A stretch of DNA of 64,000 nucleotides from a bacterium (GTDB taxonomy: Bacteria; Patescibacteriota; Minisyncoccia; UBA6257; GWB1-50-10). The stretch spans positions 32,286 through 96,285 of the forward strand of contig NZBZ01000018.1 of NCBI GenBank assembly GCA_002686365.1, in the 5' to 3' direction. The position numbers were made by a program, and so were the translations under genes. The notes under the pieces were generated by a model. It searched no databases and was not told the DNA's origin. It worked only from the letters and a program-made list of their open reading frames with translations. Of the stretch, positions 47,047 through 55,805 are shown piece after piece; position 1 is the stretch's first letter; each line of letters opens with the position of its first letter.

Positions 47047-48872
47047 AATACCAAATTTCCTGTCTTTGCTCCTGCGCTCGTGCTTTGCGGGATTGTAAGG
47101 CCTACTTCAGCGTCTTTTGTGCCTCCTGCAAGAAGAGCTGTAGAGAATCTCCTCCAGCTTCCCTCATCAATTGTAAGATTTTCCCTGAAAAGCTCGTCTC
47201 CTGTTACAATGCTTTCCAAGTACAGCTTTGAGGTTCCATTGTTCTGCAAAGAAACTGATTCCTGCAAAGCCTCACCTGTATTTACAGATGGAAAGACAAA
47301 TTCCGGCTCTCCATCTGCAGAATTTGTAACTGAAAATGCAACGCTTGGACTTGATGCGCTTCCATTAGTGCCCCCTCCCCCTCCTCCAGCATCTTCTTCA
47401 ATTGTTACTTCCAATGGAATATTTAGTTCGTGCGTTTCTCCAACAATGAGTTCTTGTGTTTCGCTCCTTACATATCCTTCTTTTTCAGCGAAGACTTCGA
47501 AATACCCGCTTGTAGGTGTGAAGCTTACAACTCCGTCTTCTCCGGTTGTGTATGTATCGTCTCCAACATTTACTTCTGCGCCTTCAAGCAGTGTCCACGC
47601 CTCCTCTTCAAAATATTCAACTGTTGCTGTTACTGATTCCCCTATATCAACTTCTTCATCACTTATTGAAACGCGCATGTAAGGCTCTTCTGACTCTCCG
47701 TAATGCCAGAGTATGCTATCGTTCTCTTCCAATGCGTAGTCTGCAGCTCCTACTGACGGCAACTCTAGATTTACTGCATAGAGCCATCCAATAAACCCTT
47801 CAGCCTCATCATCTCCAATACGCTTCAGATATGGGCCAAATGAAAACTCTTCAATTTCGTATGTGAATCCGCACTCTTCTGCAACTTCTTCTATAAGCAC
47901 TAATGGATTTTCTACGCGCATCTCCCCAGAGCAGAAGGTCTCCACGCTTCCTTCGATTCTATATGTTACAAGCGGCTCCTCTGCTTCAAATACTGCGACT
48001 GGATATGATTTATTGAGAAGCGCTACTAGGGCGTAGGCGGTTTCTGTTGGAGTAAAGCTTGTTTCTCCAGCTCCTGTTTGATTTTCAAAATATCCTTCAG
48101 TTGTTTGGAGAGATTCAAGATGGTCTATTGGAGTAATCCCGTCTTTTGCCCAAGAACTTATATCTTCTTCTGCAGAATACAACGCTGATATGACCCATGC
48201 GTCAGATGAGGCATCTGAGTTTGTCCCCCATGTGCTTTGTGGGTCGTATGGAAAGCCAGCATCCTCATTTTGGGCTTCCCTAAGATAGTCTAGAGCGTTT
48301 TGGATTTCTGTGGAGCCTTTTGATGTTCCTACTGCGATAAGCGCCATTATTCCCGCAGATGTAGTATTTGTATCTCCGCTTTCAGAATCTACTCCATAGG
48401 ACCAGCTTCCGTCTTCTTTCTGGTTATTTAATATGAATGTTTTTGCATCCTCTATTATTTCGTCAGACACGTCCTCTCCTGCTGCAGTAAGAGCCAGAAC
48501 GCCGAATATGTCGTCATTTACAAGAGAGGCGTCTCCTATCTGACTATCTATGTGATATGACTTTAATTCTTCTACTAGATTAATATTGGGAAAGGTTCGT
48601 GGATCCTCTCCTTTTGCGGAGATTGCGAGTATTGGCGCCTCAAAATCGAGCGCCTTATCTCCTGTAGTTCCTTTTAGATACTCGACTGATGCCTCCTCTC
48701 CTGCTGTAATGAGCGCCATTGTGACCCAAGGATTCGGGTCTTTGCTCTGCAGATATGTGACTGCTGCCTGTGTTTCTCCGTATGTTCCAATGGGCACGAA
48801 AAGCCCTATTAGCGCGACGATGAGTTGGAGCGCGAGTGCTCCGCGAATTCCCTCTTTTGTATGTGCTCGCAT
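47025..48872 (-). CDS. Cell-surface transcobalamin-like protein: alpha/alpha-toroid (prenyltransferase/SQCY-like repeats) + DUF4430 beta-like domain + Ig-like/G-rich C-terminal region
   Basis: KEDGSWSYG-type toroid repeats, then GFIGWLYAVN...GAADYALEENDSILWHY (DUF4430-like). The start was reassigned to the ATG at 48872 (MRAHTKEG.. signal-like), 8 nt after AGGGG. Confidence 0.55.
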   Translation of the reverse strand: MRAHTKEGIRGALALQLIVALIGLFVPIGTYGETQAAVTYLQSKDPNPWVTMALITAGEEASVEYLKGTTGDKALDFEAPILAISAKGEDPRTFPNINLVEELKSYHIDSQIGDASLVNDDIFGVLALTAAGEDVSDEIIEDAKTFILNNQKEDGSWSYGVDSESGDTNTTSAGIMALIAVGTSKGSTEIQNALDYLREAQNEDAGFPYDPQSTWGTNSDASSDAWVISALYSAEEDISSWAKDGITPIDHLESLQTTEGYFENQTGAGETSFTPTETAYALVALLNKSYPVAVFEAEEPLVTYRIEGSVETFCSGEMRVENPLVLIEEVAEECGFTYEIEEFSFGPYLKRIGDDEAEGFIGWLYAVNLELPSVGAADYALEENDSILWHYGESEEPYMRVSISDEEVDIGESVTATVEYFEEEAWTLLEGAEVNVGDDTYTTGEDGVVSFTPTSGYFEVFAEKEGYVRSETQELIVGETHELNIPLEVTIEEDAGGGGGGTNGSASSPSVAFSVTNSADGEPEFVFPSVNTGEALQESVSLQNNGTSKLYLESIVTGDELFRENLTIDEGSWRRFSTALLAGGTKDAEVGLTIPQSTSAGAKTGNLVFWAIQTQ

Positions 48873-48949
48873 ATGAATCTGCCCCTGCAATTCAAGCAGG
48901 GGCAGATAGGAAGCTAATATACTTTACTCCTCTATCCACTCTCCCCTTG

Positions 48950-49112
48950 CTCGAGGTTGTAGTGGGTAATAATTACGCGCACAGTAAGTTCCGGACTTAT
49001 CATCTCTCTTGTGATGTATGCGTACAAGATGGTGTACATCATACATCGCGGGAGAGACGACACACCGTAGCGGCACTGTGGAGGACTTTCACCTCCTTCC
49101 TTACGACGCGCG
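48950..49112 (-). promoter_or_regulatory. Cobalamin riboswitch leading the B12 uptake operon
   Basis: The minus-strand RNA contains GGAAGGAGGUGAAAGUCCUCCACAGUGCCGCUACGGUGU. This matches the consensus GGGAA..GGUGAAA.UCC..C.G..CCGC.AC.GU. The B12-box region is less clear. A downstream 11-bp hairpin (CUGCCCCUGC..GCAGGGGCAG) sequesters the AGGGG just 5' of the ATG. Confidence 0.65.
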
Positions 49113-49147
49113 TTTAACGACTATTTAATTTTCAATTTTATTTATTG

Positions 49148-49714
49148 CTATTCTCCTCTCTGAATTAATTTGCCAATTCCGTACCCAAATCCTTTGTGGA
49201 ATTTTATGAGTACAAGGAATGCGATTGAATAGATAATGTGTTCGTCAACAATATAACCATGTCCCACATGAGGAAACTCAAGTATTGGAAAGTAGTAAAG
49301 CAGCATAATCAGGATTCCTGCAATGGATGCCCATCGTATAAAAAGTCCTGTCAGAAGCGCGATACCGATTATAGTTAATCCCCATTCGTTTAGTAAATCT
49401 ACTATCGGAAGAATCGATGGGCTTGCGAAAAAGTCATAGAGCCCGGAGAATGTCTTTGCATTTTCAATATATCCTTTCGAGGTCCAGCTTGGGTCGAGAA
49501 TCTTTGTGATGCCTGAGTAGAATAAGAGCCAACCCAATCCAATTTGAAGAAGTACTACGGAAATTTTTTTACCACTCATGAAGGTACGTTTAATTATCTT
49601 CTCTTCATTCTTTATGTCAAATGTCCGCTTCTGTGGATAAGTGCCCATTTCCTTCGAACGAAGTGGGATTAGGAAATGGAGCATCCTGAGGAACGAAGTG
49701 ACGTAGGATCTCAT
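49148..49714 (-). CDS. DoxX family membrane protein (probable start at the MSGKK internal Met)
   Basis: VLLQIGLGWLLFYSGITKILDP matches the DoxX motif. Confidence 0.55.
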   Translation of the reverse strand: MRSYVTSFLRMLHFLIPLRSKEMGTYPQKRTFDIKNEEKIIKRTFMSGKKISVVLLQIGLGWLLFYSGITKILDPSWTSKGYIENAKTFSGLYDFFASPSILPIVDLLNEWGLTIIGIALLTGLFIRWASIAGILIMLLYYFPILEFPHVGHGYIVDEHIIYSIAFLVLIKFHKGFGYGIGKLIQRGE

Positions 49715-49811
49715 CTCACGTCTTCTTTTGACTATGTTTCTAGAAATAAAAAAGCACCCGCGGTTTGTTCCTTGGGTGCTGTGCGTACGGCGGATTGGTA
49801 CGTTCTTTGTC

Positions 49812-50264
49812 TTATGTTTCGCCTTGGTCGGCCAGATTTCGGAGTCTTTCCCTCTCTTCTTGTGCCAACCATCTTACGACGCGGCACGCGAGAAGAAGTG
49901 CGATCGCAGCAACTGCTCCTGCCACCATTCCGTAGATTCTGTAGGGTCCGAAGATTCCACCTGCCATGATGGCGCCTATTGTGCCGTAAAGCAGAGCGAA
50001 GACAATGATTCCGTTCCGCTTGCGCTTGCGCTTCCTTTCTGCATCGAGAAAAGCGAGCCCTCTAGAAGCGTTTGCGTATTGCTCTCTCTCGAGCAAGAAC
50101 CAGAGAAGTGCTCCGATGAATGCCGAGACAATCACCGTGATAGATAGGTTCATCGCCCATGCTGTAAATAGAGAGCTTCCGTTAAGTGTGGCTACGAACA
50201 TCATGCCACCGCCTATGAATCCCCCTAGCGCTCCTGTTGCGGCTCCCTTTAGCGCTGCACCCAT
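49812..50264 (-). CDS. GC-rich hypothetical membrane protein (G/A-rich TM helices)
   Basis: ORF with TM helices, inside a GC-rich island. Confidence 0.4.
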   Translation of the reverse strand: MGAALKGAATGALGGFIGGGMMFVATLNGSSLFTAWAMNLSITVIVSAFIGALLWFLLEREQYANASRGLAFLDAERKRKRKRNGIIVFALLYGTIGAIMAGGIFGPYRIYGMVAGAVAAIALLLACRVVRWLAQEERERLRNLADQGET

Positions 50265-50300
50265 GATGACGCCAAACGTCCTTGTTGCGTCTTTGCCCCC

Positions 50301-50684
50301 CTATTCTATGTAGACTTCGTACCGCGTGAGGATGCATGAGGCAAGAGTGCAGACCGCAGCAAGTCCAGCTGCTGCCTTTCCGTGCACTCCTCCTACCATG
50401 TAGGCGCCCACTATGCTGTTGGATGCGGTAAAGAGAATGACGATAATCCACCCATACCCTGTTGCAATTGGGCGTAGCGGCGCCTTCCTGCCAAATGGGT
50501 TTGGACTTCCAAGCCGAGTCCCGAAAAACAATGCAACACTTGCCACGAGGGCGAAGTTCACGATTATGGCTGAATCTGAATCCCACTCGAAGATGAGTTC
50601 GCTTGCAAGAGCGCCAAACGCTCCTACTACGACTCCTGCTGCTGTTGCAATGAAGACGCCGACCACAACATCTATGGCCTTCAT
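50301..50684 (-). CDS. GC-rich hypothetical membrane protein, distantly similar to 49812..50264
   Basis: ORF with TM helices, inside a GC-rich island. Confidence 0.4.
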   Translation of the reverse strand: MKAIDVVVGVFIATAAGVVVGAFGALASELIFEWDSDSAIIVNFALVASVALFFGTRLGSPNPFGRKAPLRPIATGYGWIIVILFTASNSIVGAYMVGGVHGKAAAGLAAVCTLASCILTRYEVYIE

Positions 50685-50729
50685 GAGCTTCCCTTTCCGA
50701 AGTCGGTGATGCTGATGACGTCCTCTTGT

Positions 50730-50957
50730 CTACAGAGGCCAGATCTCACTGGGCATAGCCACGCCGTGAGTAACCTGCCGCGTTCCTGTTCCATCACAGG
50801 CTTCACATTTCTTTGTCTTGTCTGGGCCTGCGGGCAGCTCACAAAGCAGTGCCCACCTTAACCGTTCTCCTCGACTTAGTTTCCCCTCGGGCACTCTTTC
50901 TCTTCCCTTACACTCATCGCACCCTGCTGTCTCAAGATACTCCATGCCTTCTATCAT
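50730..50957 (-). CDS. Small DnaJ-type zinc-finger protein (CDECKGRE...CEACDGTG)
   Basis: Two CxxCxGxG repeats; GGAGGAAG lies 6 nt before the ATG; the conserved island promoter lies upstream. Confidence 0.45.
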   Translation of the reverse strand: MIEGMEYLETAGCDECKGRERVPEGKLSRGERLRWALLCELPAGPDKTKKCEACDGTGTRQVTHGVAMPSEIWPL

Positions 50958-51009
50958 GTTTCTTCCTCCATATCCTACAGATCAGTACGGACCGCGACAC
51001 GCTTGCTAC

Positions 51010-51042
51010 TATTTTTTATACCCCCCTCCTTTAAAAAGTCAA
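51010..51042 (-). promoter_or_regulatory. Conserved island promoter (minus strand: TTGACT-N17-TATAAAAAAT preceded by G-run)
   Basis: Read directly; a variant of the 40709 and 41920 promoter blocks. Confidence 0.5.
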
Positions 51043-51097
51043 TTCGCCCCCACACCCATGCATGGGCGTGGGGGTTTAACGGCTACGCAGGACGCGT
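51037..51097. repeat. Two adjacent hairpins: cccccacaccc-atgcat-gggcgtggggg and aacGGCTACGCaggacGCGTAGCCgtt; the second is a copy of the 22114 motif
   Basis: Read directly; located at the right edge of a GC-rich island. Confidence 0.45.
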
Positions 51098-51112
51098 AGC
51101 CGTTAAAGTACT

Positions 51113-51415
51113 CTATTTTAGGCGGTAGTGGACGTATCTACCTTTTTCTCCAACTTGAACTATCTTTCTCTCCTTCTCCAGCTCCTGAAGATACTTTGTT
51201 GCTGTAGAATCTGCCACTCCCAAAAGCCACTCAACATCATTGTTGGTTATCTCCTTCTTAGTTTTAAACATGCCGAGGATCTGCTCTTTTCGTTTATCTT
51301 TTTCCCGTCTTTGTAAAAGTATGTTCTTTGGCAGATGCTCGCGCTTCCAAAGCTTGTATGCTCCTACTGTAATTACTATTCCAATAACGATTCCTAGTAA
51401 CAGTGTTGGGGTCAT
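51113..51415 (-). CDS. Small protein with N-terminal TM and C-terminal winged-helix-like region
   Basis: TM segment plus ..VEWLLGVADSTATKYLQELEKERKIVQVGEKGRYVHYRL (HTH-like). Confidence 0.35.
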   Translation of the reverse strand: MTPTLLLGIVIGIVITVGAYKLWKREHLPKNILLQRREKDKRKEQILGMFKTKKEITNNDVEWLLGVADSTATKYLQELEKERKIVQVGEKGRYVHYRLK

Positions 51416-51419
51416 GATT

Positions 51420-52451
51420 CTATGTTCCGAAAAAGTGATTTATAGCAAGTCCTATTAGGAAGCTCAAAAATGCAACTCCCAAGCTTATTGCTGCCATCTC
51501 AAGGAATCGCTTTTTAAAGGAAAGATTTCGCGCAACTGATGTGTAAAAGGTGAATACAAGAATAATGAGAATTGCTATTGCAAGTGTTACTGCTAGCGCG
51601 ATAAATGGGTTTTTGAAGATGAAGTACGGGATGATTAAGAGGAGAACGGTAATGATGTAGGAAATGCCAGTTACAACTCCTGCTCGTAGAGCTTTTTTTC
51701 TATTCCCCTCTTCCTTTGTGGATAAATATTCAGAAGCAGCCATTGAAAGAGAGGCAGCAATGCCTGTGATAAATCCTACGATTGCGATAAGGCGAGTGTC
51801 TTGAAGGGCAAGCGTGAGACCTGCTATGGCGCCAGTAAGCTCAACAAGTGCGTCATTTAAACCCAAGACCACAGAGCCTATGAGCTGAAGCTTATGGTCG
51901 CTTATCATATTCAGAATCTTTTCCTCATGCTTCTGTTCGTCCCTAATAATCTTTGCTACTTCAGGATGTGTTTTTTTGAGTCTTTTATATGCCTCCACTG
52001 CCAATCTCTCTCCCTGCTCCATGAGGCGGAGGCCAAAATTGATTCCAAGAATTCTGCTTATCCAGTAGTGTGCCTCCCCTTTTATCTTTGAGGGCCTTAT
52101 GCTTTTGCCTGTTACCTTTTTCCAGATTTCATAATGATTCTTTTCCTGATCGGCGATTTTCTCCAGAACCTCCTGGTCTGCCTTATGCGGAACTACACGA
52201 GCAAGCCTGCGATACACCTTGTACTCGGTTATTTCATTGCGCTGGATTTTTATAATGCGGGCAAGCTCTGCCCTGTCTATTTTTTCAGGCATATTAAAAT
52301 TATGCCCTATTGTACGCATGGAGGCAAAAACATTGACTTCTTTTAGATATTCTTGTAGATTCTGGACAGTTGATCCGACAACCCGACCGGGCGGAACCCG
52401 GAATGATCGCATACCTCCGAAGGAGGAGCTACGATGTCGGCTCATGTTCAC
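51420..52451 (-). CDS. MbfA-like iron exporter: N-terminal erythrin/ferritin-like domain fused to a VIT1/CCC1 membrane domain (true start possibly at 52319 or 52292)
   Basis: Ferritin-like E..H pairs (EKNHYEIW, RDEQKHEE), followed by LGLNDALVELTGAIAG, which is typical of the VIT1 family. Confidence 0.6.
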   Translation of the reverse strand: MNMSRHRSSSFGGMRSFRVPPGRVVGSTVQNLQEYLKEVNVFASMRTIGHNFNMPEKIDRAELARIIKIQRNEITEYKVYRRLARVVPHKADQEVLEKIADQEKNHYEIWKKVTGKSIRPSKIKGEAHYWISRILGINFGLRLMEQGERLAVEAYKRLKKTHPEVAKIIRDEQKHEEKILNMISDHKLQLIGSVVLGLNDALVELTGAIAGLTLALQDTRLIAIVGFITGIAASLSMAASEYLSTKEEGNRKKALRAGVVTGISYIITVLLLIIPYFIFKNPFIALAVTLAIAILIILVFTFYTSVARNLSFKKRFLEMAAISLGVAFLSFLIGLAINHFFGT

Positions 52452-53069
52452 GCACTTCAGCTTGTGAGGCTTTACGCGCCTCAGATCTGGTGGCTATACA
52501 ATGACCCTGGAAGCGGCGAGCTTCCGTTCGGCACGCACAGCGCATTCCTTACATCGCCGGGCATGCACTGGTCTAAGGGAGCCATCTGTGGTGGTTCTCT
52601 GACGCTCGCTTTTCCTCACGGCGATCGAGCCGTCTCGCGTCCGGTTCATGTCGTGTGTTCCGGGTGTGAGTTCTGCTTCACCATTTCTACTCGTGGCGTC
52701 ACAGACGCCCTGGAAGAGTGGATGAGGATCGTTGTTGGTGCTGCAATCCAGCAACTTCGCGATAAGCCTCGATTCTCCGAGTCGACCTCGGTCTTCGATG
52801 CCGAACTTCACATCTGTCGTCCAGCATCCATTCTCGTGGATCTCGAGGACGATTCGTCTCCTCGTTCCTGTCCAACGTGGAGAGACTTCGGCTTCGCAAT
52901 CTCGGAGATCGTTTCTCCTCCCAATGGGGAAGCCCTCGAGGATCTCCTCATCTCTGCTGTGTATCTCATGGGACACCTTGAGCGCACCTTTCAGGGTGCT
53001 GCGAAAAGGGCTTCCGGGCACATCTGCTCTGCCTCCGAAGCGTTCCACCCAGAGTCACGCCGCGAGTAG
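52434..53069 (+). CDS. GC-rich hypothetical Cys-containing protein; a competing minus-strand ORF 52494..53048 exists
   Basis: GGAGGAG lies 6 nt upstream of the ATG on the + strand, which favours this strand; no family recognised. Confidence 0.3.
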   Translation: MSAHVHALQLVRLYAPQIWWLYNDPGSGELPFGTHSAFLTSPGMHWSKGAICGGSLTLAFPHGDRAVSRPVHVVCSGCEFCFTISTRGVTDALEEWMRIVVGAAIQQLRDKPRFSESTSVFDAELHICRPASILVDLEDDSSPRSCPTWRDFGFAISEIVSPPNGEALEDLLISAVYLMGHLERTFQGAAKRASGHICSASEAFHPESRRE

Positions 53070-53179
53070 GTCTGATTTCAGCCCACTCGTCGCGCACAAC
53101 GCCCTCGATATTTGTTCGAGGGCCTTTCTTTTGTCGAATTACCCTATCTCACATAAGAAGACAAAAAAAGGACGCTGTA

Positions 53180-53521
53180 TTAGAGCATCCATTTGGCAGC
53201 ATCTTCTTTGACTTCTTCTGGTGGGTCAACGTGGGCAGATCCGTAAAGTTCCACCTTGCAGCGCGGACAGTCAAGCTCCAAGTCCCACTCCCATGGCCAG
53301 GCTGGTCTTCCTTCTCCCTTTGCTCGTGCTCCTTCTCGTTCGTAGGTGGGTCTAGGGAGAAGTTTCCAGATCTTCCTTCCTCCTGGAGATCTCACATCAA
53401 ATCCGCGATAGCAGACGCGGCATGTGACGCCTACTGGAGATGTGTTTTCCGAATCCTGCCCGCCCTTGACTGTTGCGTCTACGACTATTCTTTTTTCAAT
53501 CTTTACGCACATGAACCTCAC
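53180..53521 (-). CDS. GC-rich hypothetical protein with CxxC...CxxC zinc-ribbon-like pairs
   Basis: CRVCYRG...CPRCKVE pairs. Confidence 0.35.
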   Translation of the reverse strand: MRFMCVKIEKRIVVDATVKGGQDSENTSPVGVTCRVCYRGFDVRSPGGRKIWKLLPRPTYEREGARAKGEGRPAWPWEWDLELDCPRCKVELYGSAHVDPPEEVKEDAAKWML

Positions 53522-53593
53522 GCTTTCTTTCCTGTTCCTGTGATCGTACTAGTCAAGAATTATGCCTTATTATTTGCTAGAAGGCAAAATCAA

Positions 53594-53615
53594 ACAGCCC
53601 CGCTAAAGCGGGGTT
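53594..53615. terminator. Hairpin ccccgctaaagcgggg with T-rich flanks (bidirectional terminator); the same hairpin type occurs at 60104..60127
   Basis: Read directly. Confidence 0.55.
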
Positions 53616-53627
53616 CTTTGATATATT

Positions 53628-54029
53628 TTATTTTTTCAGGAGCTCACACTCACTTGCATCAGCTAGGCGCTCGAGACCCTGCTTCCCCACTAATTTTGTT
53701 CCATCAGCAAGTACCCAAGTGGGCGTACTTTCTATATTTGCCTCTGCGCACCTCTCTGGCTCTTTATCGCACTCGATATAGTTTATGTACTGAAAAGCGC
53801 TTTTGAATTCTGCTTTTTCAGCCCTGCAGTAAGAACAGCTGTCTGTGCCGTACATTACAATTCCTTTATCAGTAATACACTGTGCAAATTCATCAAGATT
53901 TTCATATGGAGATGATCTCCACTGATTGTAGGAAAGTGCAGCAATTATCATTACAACCACTACTGCTCCTCCGCCGTAGAGAATAAGTTTATTTTTCATT
54001 TGTTTTAAGTATTTTACTCGTCGCAGCAA
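53628..54029 (-). CDS. Secreted thioredoxin-fold protein (CSYC), paralog of 60697..61101
   Basis: Signal/TM segment, the YGTDSCSYC active site and ..TPTWVL.. are present. Confidence 0.6.
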   Translation of the reverse strand: MLRRVKYLKQMKNKLILYGGGAVVVVMIIAALSYNQWRSSPYENLDEFAQCITDKGIVMYGTDSCSYCRAEKAEFKSAFQYINYIECDKEPERCAEANIESTPTWVLADGTKLVGKQGLERLADASECELLKK

Positions 54030-54526
54030 TCAACGAGTTTATCGACGATTTCCTGAAGTGACCACGCCTTATCTTTTTCGCCTTCTTCTTTGGCCATCTT
54101 TTTTACCTCTGGCATTTTTAAGAGTTTTAGGCGCAGACCCCAGAAGATTGAGTAAATCTTGAAGGCGTAGTCAAATGTTTCTTTTGCTTTTTCCTTGTCT
54201 CCATCTGATTGAAGTTTTGTTCCAACTTCGATCAGACGCATGGTGGTTGCCAACAGATGCTTTGAGATACACCAAGTTTCTCCCTCATGCTTATCAATCA
54301 TTCGAGCAAGAAGCTGCTTCCTTGCCTCACGTATTTCTAAGAGGGTGTCAAAGTATTCACTATTTCCAGTTCTCTCCCCTGTGAAGAAGAAGTGTTCTTC
54401 TAAAGAGATGAGGTTCATAATGGCAATCGAAAGGTCTTCCTCTGTTGAGAGGTCGACGTGTTCTGCCTTTTTCATCTCATCAATTCTTTTTATGAGCTTT
54501 TTGAACTCTTTTTCGTGGATTTCCAT
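54014..54526 (-). CDS. Hypothetical helical protein (E/K-rich)
   Basis: ORF only. Confidence 0.35.
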   Translation of the reverse strand: MEIHEKEFKKLIKRIDEMKKAEHVDLSTEEDLSIAIMNLISLEEHFFFTGERTGNSEYFDTLLEIREARKQLLARMIDKHEGETWCISKHLLATTMRLIEVGTKLQSDGDKEKAKETFDYAFKIYSIFWGLRLKLLKMPEVKKMAKEEGEKDKAWSLQEIVDKLVDCCDE

Positions 54527-54527
54527 A

Positions 54528-55313
54528 TTAGTAAAGCAAGAACATGATAGCTGCTAGGGCGAGCATTGCAATGCCTCCCCATACTCTCATGGCTCCTGTA
54601 TTTGTTTTTTTCCATTCATCGACTTTTGCGAGCACTCCCTTATCTCCTGCAATAAGCAGAATAAGTATTAGAGGAAGTACGAATACAAAGTTATAGATTG
54701 CCAGATATCCAAGTCCTGTAAGATATGTCTGCGAGTCATGAAGAAGTCCTAAAATCAACAGATATGGGCCTCCTGTGCATGGAAACTCAAAGAGTCCAAC
54801 AATTACACCCAAAGCAAATGCTGCTGGCAGAGAGGCGCGTTCCATAAGTGATGCCATTGATCCGTGTGCTGCTTTTGGAATTTTCAGTTTTATTGGGAAG
54901 CTTGGGATGTAGTGATTTACCAGACTTAGTATTCCAACAAACGCGAGTATTCCCGCTCCAATCATTGCCATGCCGTGCGGCGCTCCGAAGATTGAGAGTG
55001 CCCGCAGAATTCCAAGGCCTATCAGAACATAGACTGTGTAAAGCCCTACAATATAGACTGCGCCGATTTTTAGGATTTCTCTATGCGATTTCCCAAGAGA
55101 AAAGAAGAATGCAATTGTAAGAAGAAGTACGGAGAAGGCGCATGGATTTATGCTATCGATTATGGCTGCGATGAGTACTATTGGCAGAAGTAGCCCACTC
55201 TGCTCTTTTGCTGTTTGCAGAAGTGTCTCGCCAATACTGCTTGTTTTCAGGAATACTGTAAGTGCTACAAACAGCACAAGTATTCCTCCAAGGATTATGA
55301 GTCGTTTTTTCAT
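54528..55313 (-). CDS. ccdA: CcdA/DsbD-family thiol:disulfide transporter membrane protein
   Basis: IDSINPCAFSVLLL (conserved Cys in TM1), a second Cys in EFPCTGGPYL, and 6-8 TM segments. Confidence 0.7.
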   Translation of the reverse strand: MKKRLIILGGILVLFVALTVFLKTSSIGETLLQTAKEQSGLLLPIVLIAAIIDSINPCAFSVLLLTIAFFFSLGKSHREILKIGAVYIVGLYTVYVLIGLGILRALSIFGAPHGMAMIGAGILAFVGILSLVNHYIPSFPIKLKIPKAAHGSMASLMERASLPAAFALGVIVGLFEFPCTGGPYLLILGLLHDSQTYLTGLGYLAIYNFVFVLPLILILLIAGDKGVLAKVDEWKKTNTGAMRVWGGIAMLALAAIMFLLY

Positions 55314-55404
55314 GTACTAGATACAAAAATCCTCTCGTTTTTTTCGAGAGGTCTTAGGCACGAAGAGTATGCGGTGCGACTTCACCGGTTCTTTTCGCGC
55401 CTTT

Positions 55405-55791
55405 TCAGATGTGCGAAGGGCTTAGTTCATGAAGCGCTCTCCAAAACACAATTGATTTTAAGATTGATAGATTCTTAATGATGGAGTGTTCTTGTATAAA
55501 TCTTGGAAGCGCATATTTAGACGATATATTTGTTTTTGTAATTATAACAATGCCAAAAAGCAGAAGTAGAGCAAAAGTAAATGGCGCAAGGAGAAGAAGC
55601 GTAGTTGGAGCTTTTGCTGCATTTAAATGGAATAGCGCCTGCTCTGCAGCGCTTTCGCCTGAACAGTTAAATCCGTTTATTAATGTTGCAAGGCATACCT
55701 TATGAGTTGTCATCTGCCCGATCACAAGTCCGCCTAGCACGGCAATTGAAATGAATCCTATGAGAATTGCGCAGGCGAGAGTTATCTTCAT
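55405..55791 (-). CDS. Hypothetical membrane protein
   Basis: ORF with TM segments. Confidence 0.3.
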   Translation of the reverse strand: MKITLACAILIGFISIAVLGGLVIGQMTTHKVCLATLINGFNCSGESAAEQALFHLNAAKAPTTLLLLAPFTFALLLLFGIVIITKTNISSKYALPRFIQEHSIIKNLSILKSIVFWRALHELSPSHI

Positions 55792-55805
55792 TTCTCTATT
55801 ATATC

